A stretch of 64,000 bases of DNA from Psilocybe cubensis (taxonomy: Eukaryota). Made by a program: the position numbers and the translations under genes. Location: the NCBI GenBank assembly GCA_017499595.2, contig CM039004.1, positions 1,550,001 to 1,614,000 on the forward strand, read 5' to 3'. The notes beneath the pieces were generated by a model. That model was not told the origin of the DNA. It did no database searches and worked only from the letters and a program-made list of their open reading frames with translations. Positions 1 to 13,325 of the stretch are shown here, piece by piece; positions within the stretch are counted from its first letter, which is position 1; each line of letters begins with the position of its first letter.

Positions 1-341
1 CTGAAAGCGGATGAAAATGATATTTTCAACGGTGCGACTTGATCTAATGCCCAGACTAAGTACATTAATCTAACAATCGATTAGATGAAGGACACCCTGG
101 TGGTGCTCAAGAGGTCCGGAATAAACGAGCCCTTGAGGTGTACAGACGTGTGCAGGCTAAAATAACTGGTTCGTTTAACTGCTATTGAACAAGCTTATGT
201 TGCTTACCTTTTCTAACAGGCCGAGATTTCGGTGGAAGCGTTGTGTTGACTGTCAGTATGCAAGTAGAAAAACTTATCGAACAGGCCACAGCCTTGGAGA
301 ATCTGTGTCAATGTTTCTCAGGCTGGTGTGCATTCTGGTGA
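1..341 (+). CDS. TOR: 3' end of TOR kinase (PIKK family, FATC domain); partial, spliced
   Basis: Spliced translation ends ...[56 protein letters not shown] (TGA 339-341), matching the TOR C-terminal FATC signature (KLTGRDF...QVxxLIxQATxxENLCQCxxGWCxFW). Confidence 0.9.
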
Positions 342-722
342 CCTCTTCTTTGCTTTGATTTGCTATGTAAAATCTCCCTTTTCACTAATATCTTGTACCA
401 ACACCTATGTAATATGCATACATTGGAGCTTCAGTTTGTCGATTTTTCCTATTTACATATATCATATGTTTCTTCTATCCCATTAAATTTAATTTTTGGT
501 CTATGCACACGCCGAATTTACTGGAATCCGAGTGTCGATAAATCGCCATACAACTACTATAAATGGAAGCTGCTATAACAGTTGACAACATGTTGATCAT
601 CTGCCGAGTAACTACAATTATTTACTTGCAGTGCATCCTTCACATCATTCATCCCTTTTTTTGCTCTTGCCTCCTTTGTATACTTTAGCTGCAACCTCTG
701 AGCTATCTAAAGTCCACTAAAG

Positions 723-3497
723 ATGCCTCGAGGAATACCGAATGCCAAACGAGATGAAACTGGGATGCGGTACACCACGTTCAGCGTGCCCTTAACGTGC
801 GTCAAACTATTAGTCTGCGCACGCACATATCTAACTTGCTACGTCCATAGTTTTAACCCCAAACACGCTAGCTCAACTTATCTGAAGACAGAAGCACAAA
901 CCTTGTGGGCCAGGAATGCTCTCCGGAAAGGCAAGGCGACCGAAGAAAGTCCACAAGACCAAAGGTAAGGAGGGCTTCACACGACGCCGGTAATTCTAAC
1001 AAAAGAGTAGACGTGGATCTCAAGTCATTGTTATACACCCGGGGTCACGGTTCATTCGAATAGGAAGAGCATCCGACGTGAACCCAATCTCTGTGCCGTG
1101 CGTGGTTGCGCGAAAATCGAAGACACCGTTTACCGTAGCTCCTCGAATCCAGTTAGTATCGCGTCCCAGAAATCAACAAACAGAAGATGGATTATCTTCA
1201 GGAGACAAACTTCCGGCCAATGGGACTGAGCTGCCGATGGATGACCCTGTAAGACGCCTTGATGAGACTCGCAATCCTCTGTTCTCATGCCATTTTTGAT
1301 TCAGTTTGACGCTAAACTAGCATCTATAACAGTATCGTTGCGTGATAGGATGAGATTCTATAAATTACGAATTACACCCAATGCTACCAAAATTGCTTCT
1401 ACATTCAACGAGCAATTTCAACCTGAACGAATTGCTGAACACAATGACTATCAAACTGAATGGATTGATTCATCTTGTCCCGATGAAACACTAGTTGGGG
1501 AGAAGGTTAGTAGAAACCTTTATGAAAATGTATCATTAACAAGTTGATTCATAGGCCCTGCGTATTGTCGACCCAGTGACCTCCAAATATATCGTGAGAT
1601 GGCCGATATATGGGTCCAACTTCAACACTCGGGATTACAACTCTGTTCAAGCAACTCTTAGTGACCTCGAGGAAATCATTACCAGCACCTTACGTGATAA
1701 ACTGGACATCAAGAAATCAGAATACAAGGTATCTCAGTCCCCAGATTACATTTTTTGTTTGGGTGTCTGATTTATGATGGTTCAGAATTTCTCTGTTATG
1801 CTCGTAATTCCCGATTTTTATGATAGAGCATATGTCAGAGAATTTGTAAATCTCCTAATTACTGTTATGGGATTCAAACAGATCTGTGCCCAGCAGGTCA
1901 GTTGTGCTTCAAACCGAATGAATAATTATGACTCATCAGCTTCAGGAAGCTCTTGCGGCTACTTATGGTGCAGGAATTTCAAATGCTTGCGTAGTAGATA
2001 TTGGTGCTACAAAAACAAGCATTGCCTGTGTGGATGAAGGACTCGTGTTACCAGAGACTCGGTTAGTCTATATGATTTTGTGATTGCATTCACTAATTTA
2101 TTTGGCCAGGATGTCGCTGAATATGGGCGGTGAAGACATTACCGAATTTCTTTATGTACTTCTAAAGCGTATCAAATTTCCTTACCGGGATATTGATCTT
2201 AACCATTCTTATGATTGGCAAGTGATGGAGGATCTCAAATTCAGACTTTGTACTCTTGCAGACGTATGTTGTATTTTCGTCCAATCTTTTGACGGAACGA
2301 ATACTTACAGCGATATCCATAGAGTGATGTAGCACTGAATCTATACGATTTCAATGTGCGAAGACCGAATAAACTTACAGAAAAATACGGTTTACGCGCA
2401 TACGATGAAATTATTCTTGCACCAATGGTAAAGAATGTTCATCTTGCGTTATTTTCTTATTGAATGTTATGGAAAGTGTCTTTTCGAACCTCGTATCATT
2501 GAATTTGACAACAAACGGGAGCACCTGCGACCTCATTCTCGAAATGTTACTGAAGAGATTTTGGGTCATCAAATGGAATACGTTGTCAGTGTCTACAGTT
2601 CATACTACTGTTTCTATCTGGCTCATTGATTTAGACCAACGCAATGGCTATATCTACCCAACATCTAATGCCTATGCTCCAGCAACAGCAATCACAACAA
2701 CAATCCCAATCTTCCGAGCAACCTGTAAATCCTCATCAGGAGATCCCTGGGGAGCCAACAGCAGGTGTGTCCGGTGGCGTGCACCAGTAGCTTTACTTTC
2801 TAATTATATACTCTAGAACCCAGTTCTTCTTCGAAACCTGATCTAGATGCCCAGACTATGAATGTAGACAGTGTAGAAACCGAGGCTTCCGCTTTACCGG
2901 ACGACCGGTTGGAAGCTCACATAGAAGTTGTTGATGTCGAGGAAGATGGAAAGCAAGCCTTCGTCCAACCACACCCAGTTTCTCAGCCGATAGCCCAGGC
3001 TTCTCAACCAGGTTATACCATTGACATTTGTTTTGAAGCAAGTAAACTGCCTCTCGATGTTGCGATCTTCAATAGTGCACGAGCTGCTGGTGGTGATGAG
3101 AAAATTAGAAAATACCTTCAGGCAGTGCTCGTGATCGGTGGCTCAGCGCTAATTCCTGGGATGGCTCATGCTCTGGAAAGCAGGCAAGTCAAAGTTGAAA
3201 GTCACTCGTATAATATATTTGTCTAATTGTAGAATAGATTGCAAGCTATTGCAACACCACTGGTTCCTAACATGGAGAAGGTTCAGATAATCCCCCCTCC
3301 CAAAGAAGTCGATCCTCGCGTTTTAGCCTGGAAAGGTGCGGCTGTCCTCTCCAAAATGGACAGTGTGTCCGAATTATGGGTTTCATCATCTGATTGGGTA
3401 TGTTCCTTGACTATCTTGATCTTTTGTTCGACTGATTATTGTTCGTTAGGATGTGTTTGGGATGCGTGCATTGAAGGAACGATGCTTCTATTTGTAG
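723..3497 (+). CDS. ARP8: Actin-related protein 8 (INO80 complex), multi-exon
   Basis: Exon fragments VIHPGSRFIRIGRASD, VRWPIYG, MLVIPDFYDR, YGAGISNACVVDIGA, LPLDVAIFNS, VIGGSALIPGM, DPRVLAWKG; ends ...LKERCFYL* (TAG 3495-3497). Confidence 0.88.
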
Positions 3498-3906
3498 TTT
3501 GTAATAGATTTTCATTGTCGTTGGCTAATACATAGTAATGGACTCCTTGTTCGGGAGATTTCTTATGTTTATTGGTACAATATGATAAGTGGGAATTGAA
3601 GTTAAGTTGGTCAAGCACTTGGGACACAAATGATCATTCAAACTAGTGGTCCTGAACTAGTAGATTGCGACAAACAAAACAAAGAAGAATATATAAGAAA
3701 CTGCAAAGCTTCATAATAGAACGATGTTTGTGAGTTATCTTAAAAACTGAAAACTTGGAGGGCAATGGATTCAGAGGGAATCCTCGGGTCAGCATATCTT
3801 CACTTGGGTTTCTGATTAAATGCAGTCGGCTCGTCTTTGGGCATTGATCACAAAATGTAAAGGCGGGTGAAGGATGTGGGAGGGTAGAAGCTGCCGGTAA
3901 GAACTA

Positions 3907-5111
3907 CTAAACGCCGAGTTTCTGCTTCATGTTAATGAAATCTTGCGATCCCATCGTGCTCCAATGGTTCAATATGTAGGCCATTTCTTTCTTGCCTTCT
4001 CTGCAGTATCAAAGACGTCAAAGGACCCCTATGATTAAACGTGTTTGCCCAATGTATTGAAGCGATGTACTTACCTATCCTTTTTAAGCCACTCCGTCCT
4101 TAAGTGTCCACCCTCTCTCCAGGCAATCACGTCCAAGGTATCCGAGACCTTTTCAGAATCCTTTTCTTCCGATGGTTCCCTCTTCCGAACACATCCTCTG
4201 CCGCGATGCTTTCTCGATTGTGATCCCCACGTGCTTTCTATTTCTTCTTTCTTTACATTTGCTTGCGAATATAGCGGCGGATTGATGAGCTTCTCGACAA
4301 GAGACTCGACGACCGACGCGGTAACACGATTAGGAACAAACGGGAATGTCGATTGTAAGCGAGGGATGCGTTCGGGTGTAGGGGTTAGGACACTGCGGCA
4401 TATTGGGCAATCGACAGATTCGTGCCAAAGTCCGCATACGCGATGTAAGCGGGAAAAGAACCATTTAAGAATGCAGAGACCGCAGAATGTGTGGCCACAA
4501 TGAGACGGGGTCAACGAATAAGGAGATGCAAGAATTTCGTAGCATCTGAGAAGGTTTAAGCTCCCGTACACAACTCGATAAATAATTTGACATACAGTGC
4601 ACACGTGAAATGTTCTTCGAGTTGTCTTAGTATCGACTGAGCTTCCCGTTCTGCGATTTGTGATATAATCTGGGACGTCTGGTCCTCCTTTTTAGAAAGG
4701 GACTGGATCCGCTCGTCAAGTTCATTCATTCGGTCCCTAAGATTTTGTTCCTTCAGTGCAAGACGTTTCTCACGTCGCTCCAGGTCTGTTGTCGTAATCC
4801 GCTTCAATCGTCGAAGGTCGGAACCGGAAGCTGTCGACAGCTTCGCGCCCGACGTGATATCCTCATCGCATGCTCGGTCATCATTAAGTTGGGTGGCACT
4901 ATCAGATAATCTTCTTCTCTTCGGTTTCGGAACAGAAATGGATTTCGCTTGGGATGCGATTGAAGCTTTAGTCGCAGCTATACGAAGAGTGCCCAATAGC
5001 ATCAGGGTTACAAGACCTTTCAATATATCAAAAGAAAGGTAAACCTGCACGATCCTTCAAACGAGATGAGCGTCGCTCTTTCATAGGAGTGGATTCTGAT
5101 TTATTGGGCAT
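3907..5111 (-). CDS. RING (C3HC4) finger protein with upstream coiled coil; probable E3 ubiquitin ligase
   Basis: Spliced RING motif FTCAL|CYEILASPY...CGHTFCGLC...CPICR, preceded by heptad-rich RREKRLALKEQNLRDRMNELDERIQSL; ATG at 5111, TAG at 3907-3909. Confidence 0.8.
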
Positions 5112-8100
5112 GAAAGTAAAGAGGTGGGAGGATATCAGCAAAGTAGTGGTGGTGAAAGGGTTAAAGCTTGTGCCTCTGATTTACATCACGTTGCAGTCTC
5201 ACCACGTGACTCTAATTAGTGATTACGTGATAGCGCAGTTGCGAAGGTGAAGATGAACCTTCAACTCTTTCTTGATTTTTTCTGAACTCCAGACTTTCAA
5301 CGCCTTGGAAACTGGAGATATTGCGACATTTGTCTATTTAATCTTCCGTTTTAACGCCTCATCTCTTGTATCAACAAACTGGGTAGAACGTCTTGCATTA
5401 ACTCCCCTTCCAATGCGACGGCCTTGATCATGTATTGGCCGTGGCGGGCATCTGACCGAGTCCACCCAACACGCTTGTATTGATTCTTTCAGGCATGGAA
5501 GGTGATCCTTTACACAAGTCCCTTTCAAGATCTTCGCACCACCACGGTCCCCGAGGATCCTTTAATCTCGATGGTGTTCTTTTCTCCTTTCAACCCTTGG
5601 TTATATCCAAAATGAATCCTTGCCCTCTGATTTTGTATGGCACACACTTTCAAGTAGCCTTCGGGTCCCATCATGCCACCACCTAGCCTCTGAAAGGCTC
5701 CAATATGTTTGACTCAATGCCAGGCACCGGAATGGCCGTCGCTGATGTCTGTTGACCCCGATTTGGAACACCAGCGTTTCTTCTTCAAAGGCATCGTGCT
5801 TGTGATCCACTTGGGGCATGCCATTTCTTAACATATCCTATACTAGAAGATTTTCCCTCGATTTCTGATCATATCCTTCAGGCCCTACCGAAAGCACAGA
5901 GATCGTAAAGCATCTGCCGCGCCTATTCTCTGGAAATTGCCCATCATTCAAACAAAACGATTTGTGGTGGGTACATCGCTCAATTATCCTGCATTACTTC
6001 AGCTCCAGGTCCTGTGGCAAAAATTATGGGACAGCGCCGGCACCGAGTGCCATGTGAGGATCCCTTTCTACAGCCACAAATATAAACAAAAGACCTTCCG
6101 TTCGAACGCGTCTTTGACATTTAGTGATTTTTTTTCGATTCGAGAAACGTACACTGGAGTGGTAGGAATTCAGTGGTAGTCAATTGTGCACCGGCTCATC
6201 CGCCGAAGGTTACAGTATGTGACACTGCCAATTTGTCTCGAAGAAGTACAAACAATCGTCTTCTTGGTGTTGGAAGTATCTTCCATGATGATGCACACCC
6301 AGAATGTTCTCTGTCGGAGCTCGGATTTCCTCCGCTTTACAAAGTTCCCAATGTGCTTCCCACTCTTTTTTTTCCCTGTTAATTTATCCTGGCGCATACT
6401 TAGCCGAGGTGATATCTGACTTTATTTCTGTCACTTCGCCAACTTTTTCGGCCCTGCACCCCGACGGCTCCCGTCCATGGTAACAAATTGTGTTGTCTCT
6501 GTAGGCGCATGTGCATGGTGGGAGACGTCCATGCATGAGTACCAAAGCGATTTTTTTCAATGTTGATTATATATACAATATGCAATGGAGTACCTCCCAT
6601 TGAGGCACCTACATATCTCTTTAAGCTTTAATTAATGATGTCTCTGCGTTCGGGTGCGATTTCGTTGTTTTTGGAAATCCTCTTGTTCTTGTTCTTTCCT
6701 TGATGGATCTGAGTAGTTGCTTGATCATCTCTCCGGTGATTGATCCTCCAAATGGATCCACAAACCAACTTTGTCCACACACTCAATCATCTTGTCATCA
6801 CGTATCCATCGATAAACCTGAACTCTTTGCCGCGAATGTAATGCAAATCAAAACACGTACATATTCTACTTCATGATGAACTCGTCGAGACGTCACTGAC
6901 ATGGGGAGAGATTATGCTCACCACATTATTTCATGTCATTTACGACATGCTTATGGTCGCCTACATGTTTGAATGCGATTCCCGCTTCACGAAACAAAGT
7001 GGCCATGGGGTATCAACTCAATAAGCATATATTACACCGACAGGCAGGCCCTGTTCCAAACGAGCGGCTCCGCCCATAGGACCTCGAAAGCACTCCGATT
7101 TCTACGATTTATGTGACTTTTGATGCCATTTTGATGGGGAAAGCTGCGCTGCCACTGGTCAGGCAGGTATGGCTGTCATTGGCCAATGAGCGGCTAACAT
7201 GTCGGCCAATGACGATATGTCATTACAGGGTTTAACATCATCAACTCTCATTTGCTACATCAAAGCCGCTTGGCGAAAATTGCCGACAGTAGTGGGTCAT
7301 GATTGGATGGTGATGAATTTGTCGTTTGTGTTCGGTTTTGTCCCATGCCTTGTTAGCAATGATCAACGGTGCCGTTAAGGTTTTTTGCTCGCCAAAAAGC
7401 GAACAAATGACAGGTCGCAAACGGCGGTAAGGTGAAGCAGCACTTATTTGATGGTTAGCGGAGGCTGGTTGGATGAAAATTGTTCACTTTGCTTAGTAGC
7501 TTCGAGGGTAACTAGGATGGTAGGCTAGGTGGTATGGTATGACTAGTAGGCCTTCTAGGACTGCAAATGCGAGCGAGTGTCGAGTCTGAAGTGAAAGGTA
7601 TTCTGGTGTGTGGGGTTCAGAGTGGCGAATGCGTTGGGCTTTAAAACTAGTAGGACATTAGTCCTGCTCCACTAAGAATGTAGCTAAGGACAAGTTGCAG
7701 ATGTACCGAGTCTGTTCGATTCTCTCTGTCCGTGTTTTAAAGCAGGGGTTTTGACAGTAGCTCTGAGTTGGGTAGACAATGTGTACACCAGAATTTAAGA
7801 ATGCCAAGGGTGATCCGTCATGAGTAGATATACCGCGGTGACATGACGTACATCTTTCAGCTCGTCGCGGGGTTGGTGACGCGGGGTTGATTCAGAAAAA
7901 CGAACATCCGTTCAGGCTTTGCTTCGATGTCCATATTGTTGACGGTTGTCATCCGGAAAGTATTGTTTGTTAACGACAGACATTGGAATTGGTGAATCTA
8001 AACTTTGACATGAAGCGGAAGGAGATTTACACTTTGTGCCAAGTTGTGATAGTCTTGGAAGAAAGAACGTGACTACAAGGATCTCTGGTCATTCCTGTCG

Positions 8101-8622
8101 AGGACTGCCAATCAGCAACAACAAAAAAAAAGGGTGACCCGATTTGCCCGATGTTGGGCAGGGATTTCGAGTGAGGTCAGACTGTCAGATGGGGTGATGG
8201 GAGGCGAGGGATACGGATACGACGATACACACACATTGTACTCGGAGAGACGAAGACATGATGATCAGGATCGAATCAAACGAGACAGTTGAATTGTGCT
8301 GCCATAACTCTAACACTCCGAGCAGCAGATACATTTTTGGCACGAAGCATGTGCTAAAAGTAGCGGCGGAATGCTGTCAGCCAATCATCGAAGAAGGACT
8401 AAAACGCGTCGAGTTTTCAAACCGCACGCAGCCGGGACTGAAAATCTTTTTAATGGTATCCACGTCAGCAACAGGATCTGTGGAGGTGGACGGGATGTCA
8501 AAAGAGAATGAGATCCGATGTAAGCGGAGTGGGAGGAGAAGTGAGAAAGGGGTGAATCGGAGGAGAGAAAGAGAGGAGGGAGAGATGGGGCAGAGAAGAG
8601 ACTGCTGCTGCTGGTCGAGGGA

Positions 8623-8646
8623 GGACGGACGGATGGATGGATGGAT
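8623..8646. repeat. (GGAC)2(GGAT)4 microsatellite next to a GA-rich tract
   Basis: Read directly; follows a purine-rich tract at about 8526-8600. Confidence 0.8.
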
Positions 8647-8832
8647 TTGAGTTGCCGCTCGGAGATCGCGTGATCAGAGCTCGATTTAGCGGAGAAGATT
8701 CTTTGTGGAAAGAGCCTAAAGGGGATAGTGTAATTAATTGGTGACGGCGGTCACAGAGATCTGAGATCTGGGATATGATTTCCTGAGAGTTGAAAACGGA
8801 TTGTGTTTTGGTGTTCTCTTGCTATCGTTCAG

Positions 8833-10846
8833 ATGCACACCCAGTCGCCGCGCCAGATGCTCATTCCGGATTCCTATTTAGTCCCGCAAAAGGACGAGTT
8901 GTGTTTCTATTCCGCCTCGTCTCCTGGCGCGTCTGGCGTTGACTCCGAGTGTGCTCCCCGGCGCCCCTTGTCGTATGCGCCCCATAGTTCCACAGCCTCC
9001 GTTCAGTCGTCGTTGCCTCTGTCTAATCAGCCTGTTTCTGTTTCTGTTTCTGTTTCTGTTTCCTCCGCGTCTCCCGCACAAGATTCTCTTTCTTGTGATA
9101 TTAATAGTTCTCCAACGGCCCATTCAACTCGTCCTCTGATGAATTCCTATCAGCTTTCGCAGTCGCCCTCTCCCGTGGACCCCCAGACCAGTCTTTTGCA
9201 TCCCATCAATTTTTCTCAATCCCAGGAATCCTTCCTCCATTCGGAATCCAATCCATATCCGGCAGAAGATCCTTCAATTGATTCTGGTCCAGCTCATAAA
9301 CAACTCGATAAATACTCCAATTCCACTAGTCCCCAATCTTCACTACTCGATCAGCGACGCATGTCCGAGCCTGCTGCTCTCGGGGCCCCTCCCCTCTACT
9401 CTACCGCAGCTAATGACTCTTCACCTAGCAGATACCAAAATTTTGGTTTTGCTTATACTCCTCCTCCTCTTCATCCTGGTCGTTCCTCCTCTTCTGTCTA
9501 TGTCTCCCCGCTCCATCGTGGCGTTAGTACTGGATCCCTTCGCGACTTGCGCCACCATCACTTTGAATACCCTCCTCAGCAGCACCAGGAATGGAAGCAC
9601 GATGACTCCCGTCACCGTGAACAGCCAGGCGATTTTTTTGTCCATCGGACCGACTTGCTCGACGAGCCAGTCTCCCCCTTGCAGTCTACCTTCTCTCATA
9701 ACATGGGTGGCTCCCCGACATCTGGTGTCCCTTACTCACCCATCAGCGACAACCCTTACGGCCCTTCCCCTCCGGGTACTGGCACTTCTACCTCTTCTTC
9801 GGTCGCTCCACTCAGTGCCGGAATACCCTGCAGTCCGTCGCGGTCAATATCTCAGCACTTGCAGAGAAGTCTCAGTGCCTCCCAGCTCTCTGGCGATGTT
9901 ATCGACCGTAAGACTTATTCCTTTGTTGCTCTACCTGGGAACGCAGTCAAGAAGCGTCCAAGGCGACGGTATGACGAAATCGAGCGCCTCTACATGTGCT
10001 CGTGGCCCGACTGCAACAAATCATATGGTACTCTCAACCATTTAAACGCTCATGTCACCATGCAGAAGCATGGTCAGAAACGCAGCCCTAACGGTGAGAT
10101 TGATACGCCCCCTCATCGACAGAATTAATTAATTAATCGACTGTTGTACAGAGTTCAAAGAGCTTCGGAAGCAGTGGCGCAAAGCCAAAAAAGAGCAGGA
10201 AGCCGCAGCTGCGTCCTTGCACCGGGAGAGCTATAGTGACAGCTACGACGATCATGCCTATAACCACCGTTATTTGTCCTCGCACCCGATGCATCATCGT
10301 CCACATTCATCCCACAATGTCTTGGGATTGGCGTCATCGGTGACTATAGGCGGTAATAACGAGCGCTACCCCGCCATGGGTGTCGACGACATTCGATTTT
10401 CTGCTTTAGAGCGCGAGGACGATGCATTGGGCGCCTATGATCATCTAGCCACACGACAGAGGTACAATAACGTGCAGCCCTCGTCGTGGCACGGCGGATC
10501 AAACCTGACCCCGAGGTCAAGTATGCAAAATTTTGGTCCAGGACAACATCCTCACCATTCCCATCTTCCACAACTCAGTATTGGCAACCGGATATCCCAA
10601 CAAGCTCAAGAGGCCGAGTACATCAACGCCCAACATAACCGCCTGCCTCATAATAGTACTCTCCTCACCCCTCTATATCCTGGTTCGTCGTTGATGCCCC
10701 CTCTGCAAAATGGGAGCGGAAGCGTGGCCTATACAGCCGAAGGCTTCGAAATTTACGAAGACGACAATGGGAGGCCCGGTACGGGACACGCTAGTATAGC
10801 TAGCATGGGGCATGCCAGCGGCGACGACTTTGATCATTCCCAATGA
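8833..10846 (+). CDS. C2H2 zinc-finger transcription factor of the Con7 family; 2 exons
   Basis: YSFVALPGNAVKKRPRRRYDEIERLYMCSWPDCNKSYGTLNHLNAHVTMQKHGQKRSPN|EFKELRKQWRKAKKE is the single-finger-plus-helix signature of fungal Con7-like regulators; intron 10094-10152; first ATG at 8833. Confidence 0.85.
9032..9062 (+). repeat. (CTGTTT)n hexamer repeat encoding a VSVSVSVSVS tract
   Basis: About five tandem copies inside exon 1 of the C2H2 gene. Confidence 0.85.
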
Positions 10847-12239
10847 TTATCTGCGACGCTCTGTTCTCCTTGCCGAATACCACCCGTGCTGTTGTCGTTT
10901 CTTTTATTCGGTTATTTATCGACTTCGTCGGTGTGAGGAAATTAGCCACTCTTCTCACTCCATATACAAACCTTTGGCTTTCTCAGCGCGCGCTGGGGTC
11001 TATCTTCTCTACATTCGACTTCCTCCCTTCTTGAATTCTATTTCCCTCACCCTCTCTCACTGTTGTCACTTTGCTATCGCATCTATATATCCTCTGAATT
11101 CGATATCCCCTATTTTATTTTCGTCTATCATCAGGCTCCTATCTACTTTATATACTTTCTTCATTTCACTGGGATGCTTCCTCATTCGTTCGTTTGTACT
11201 TTACATTGGTATAGTCACTATCATTCTGCTGCCACATTGTCGTCACTCCTCGGATCCCACCTGCTACCTCCTATCGATTTTCTTAATAGTTGTAATCTAC
11301 TTAGAAATTCCAAGATGTAAGGCATCATCATCATCATTATACCTTTTTCTGTACATTATTATTCTTATATGTATGTTGTGGAAAATATTCAACCAAAATG
11401 CACACTTCTTTTTGACAGCTGGAAAATATCCGAAGACCTCGAGCCCGGAGATCCGTCAAAATCGAAACTGTGTAATTGAAATATAATTCTCGGGTGCTCG
11501 GTAGAACAGAATGACCTTTGACGAGGAAGAAGCAATCAAATAAGATTGGTGATCTACACTCTGTGTATACGTTGCATCATCATTCCCAGCCGATGACCGT
11601 CAAGCCAACTCTACAGCGCCTCTCAAACTGCCTCGGCTGGCAATTAAAAAAGATATATCATAAGGCCATATACGTACACACGCCGTAAGTGTTCTCAGAA
11701 CCCATGATTCTGACATTGCGCCAAAGAGGAGGGTTCGCGAAAAAAAAACCTTTCATTTGACATCTTCTCCGAGAGAAAAATAACACCTGAGATGATAATT
11801 AAAGAGTTAAAAAAGATTCAGTGGATGCAAGTGGAACTCGCTTTTGATTCACCCAAAGGGACAAAGAGGCCAAGTCGTAAGACCATCGTCATGGGATACA
11901 AAAATCAGCAGTCAAGATGGGCGGGCCAATCACGTCGCGCTTATGGCTTCCAATTCTAAGAAACGTGTTTTGGCATCTGCGCGATCATGCCATTGCTTAC
12001 AGATGAAAAGAGGTCACGTCACACTTGGTGCTTCTCTTCGCACCGCTATGTTATTTCCAGAACAGTGGGCCGTATTGGGTCTTGTTGACAAGTTATAGAC
12101 TTCGCAATCGAAGCATTCTTTGTCTCCTTTTGTCCATCCAAGATGAATTGTGCTATTTATAGCTTCCGTCTCCGGCAAGCTGATTGGGCAATGTCGCGGA
12201 GGTAAATATGATGCAATCAGGAAAAACAGTCTTTGTATG

Positions 12240-12267
12240 TGTCGGAAATTTCGGGATAGCCTTACAA
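12240..12267 (+). repeat. Left terminal inverted repeat
   Basis: TGTCGGAAATTTCGGGATAGCCTTACAA versus reverse complement of the right end TGTCGGAATTTTCAGGAATGCCTTACAA. Confidence 0.88.
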
Positions 12268-13253
12268 TGATGGGGCCTAGATTAGGCCAAAATTTGGCTT
12301 CTAATGTGATTCGGCTCTCTTAGAATGCCGACTTTTGCCTTGCGTTGGATTAGATAAATATAGAAGTCATGTGTCACTCACTTGTAAAGAGGGGCAAATG
12401 AAAATGATTTATAGAATGTATTTAGAGGACCAAATGCGTATTTATTTTGAGAAAATGTGAGTGCTAAATGTACAAGCTACCGTAAGAAACCTACTGAAGT
12501 TGAAGTTGATCCATATTACAACCATACGAGGCCTTACAACTTGACTGTGACTAACGTCACACACATACACAGCAAGTGCAAAGTTGTCAGGCATTCAAGG
12601 GATGGTCAGTATAGATATATCAAATTGGACAATTTTCTACGTCATTGTGGATCATTTACACTTTATTTTATGTACTTTTAGTGCTGTGTCAATATCCCTG
12701 CAGTTTGTGCGCCATAGAGCACAAGTAAGCAAAGGGTCACGGCCGTGAGAAGAATGTCACATGGATCACGCGACACAGTGGACTTAGAAGAAAATCACAT
12801 ACATCGTCTACGTCTTCACCAAAGTAACTGTTTATGTAGCACATGCTATCTACAAAGGTAAATAATCTAGGGTACGGTGGATAATCAGTAATTCCACACG
12901 AAGAGAGACTAATTTTGAACATGATACATGGGAAAGAATGATTTGACTGATATCTCATAAGTTGATGCATTGTAACTCGGTGTTGATTGTTGTATGTTGC
13001 ATGCATATTGCACTGTACAACTATGGTAGTACTGCCTTAATCATCAACAATGAGAATCTTTAACCTCTTAAAGACCTTTGTGCTGGATACTATGACATAT
13101 TTTGATAGATGGTTACTAGAATACATGTTCTGGCAGACTAAATTGATGAACTGATTATGGTAGCTTAGTGATGTAGCGCAGCAGAATGATGAAACTAGGG
13201 CCTATGAGACGAATAATCTCCAGCACACTCTATATTAGATGCTGGTAAAATAG

Positions 13254-13260
13254 TATAAAA
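13254..13260 (+). promoter_or_regulatory. Putative TATA box of the transposase gene
   Basis: TATAAAA about 70 nt upstream of the ATG at 13326, followed by a CT-rich stretch. Confidence 0.45.
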
Positions 13261-13325
13261 GCAGTTGGATCATATTTAATTCTTTATCTGCTCCTCTTTC
13301 TGATATCTTCTTTACTTTCAAAGAC

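Noticed and set aside
2835-2860. AACCTGATCTAGATGCCCAG, reminiscent of a TPP-riboswitch segment and similar to 37-60 in the TOR intron
   Set aside because: Lies in ARP8 coding sequence and lacks the upstream CTGAGA element; the short similarity is probably chance.
8258-8650. 130-aa plus-strand ORF upstream of the C2H2 gene
   Set aside because: Runs through GA-rich and microsatellite sequence; no protein-like features or clear splice link to the downstream gene.
9278-10045. 255-aa alternative-frame ORF inside the C2H2 gene
   Set aside because: Shadow ORF of a Ser/Pro-rich, CT-biased exon; no recognisable motif.
10812-11486. 224-aa hydrophobic ORF after the C2H2 gene
   Set aside because: T-rich 3' UTR-like sequence that yields F/L/I/Y-rich translations by composition alone.
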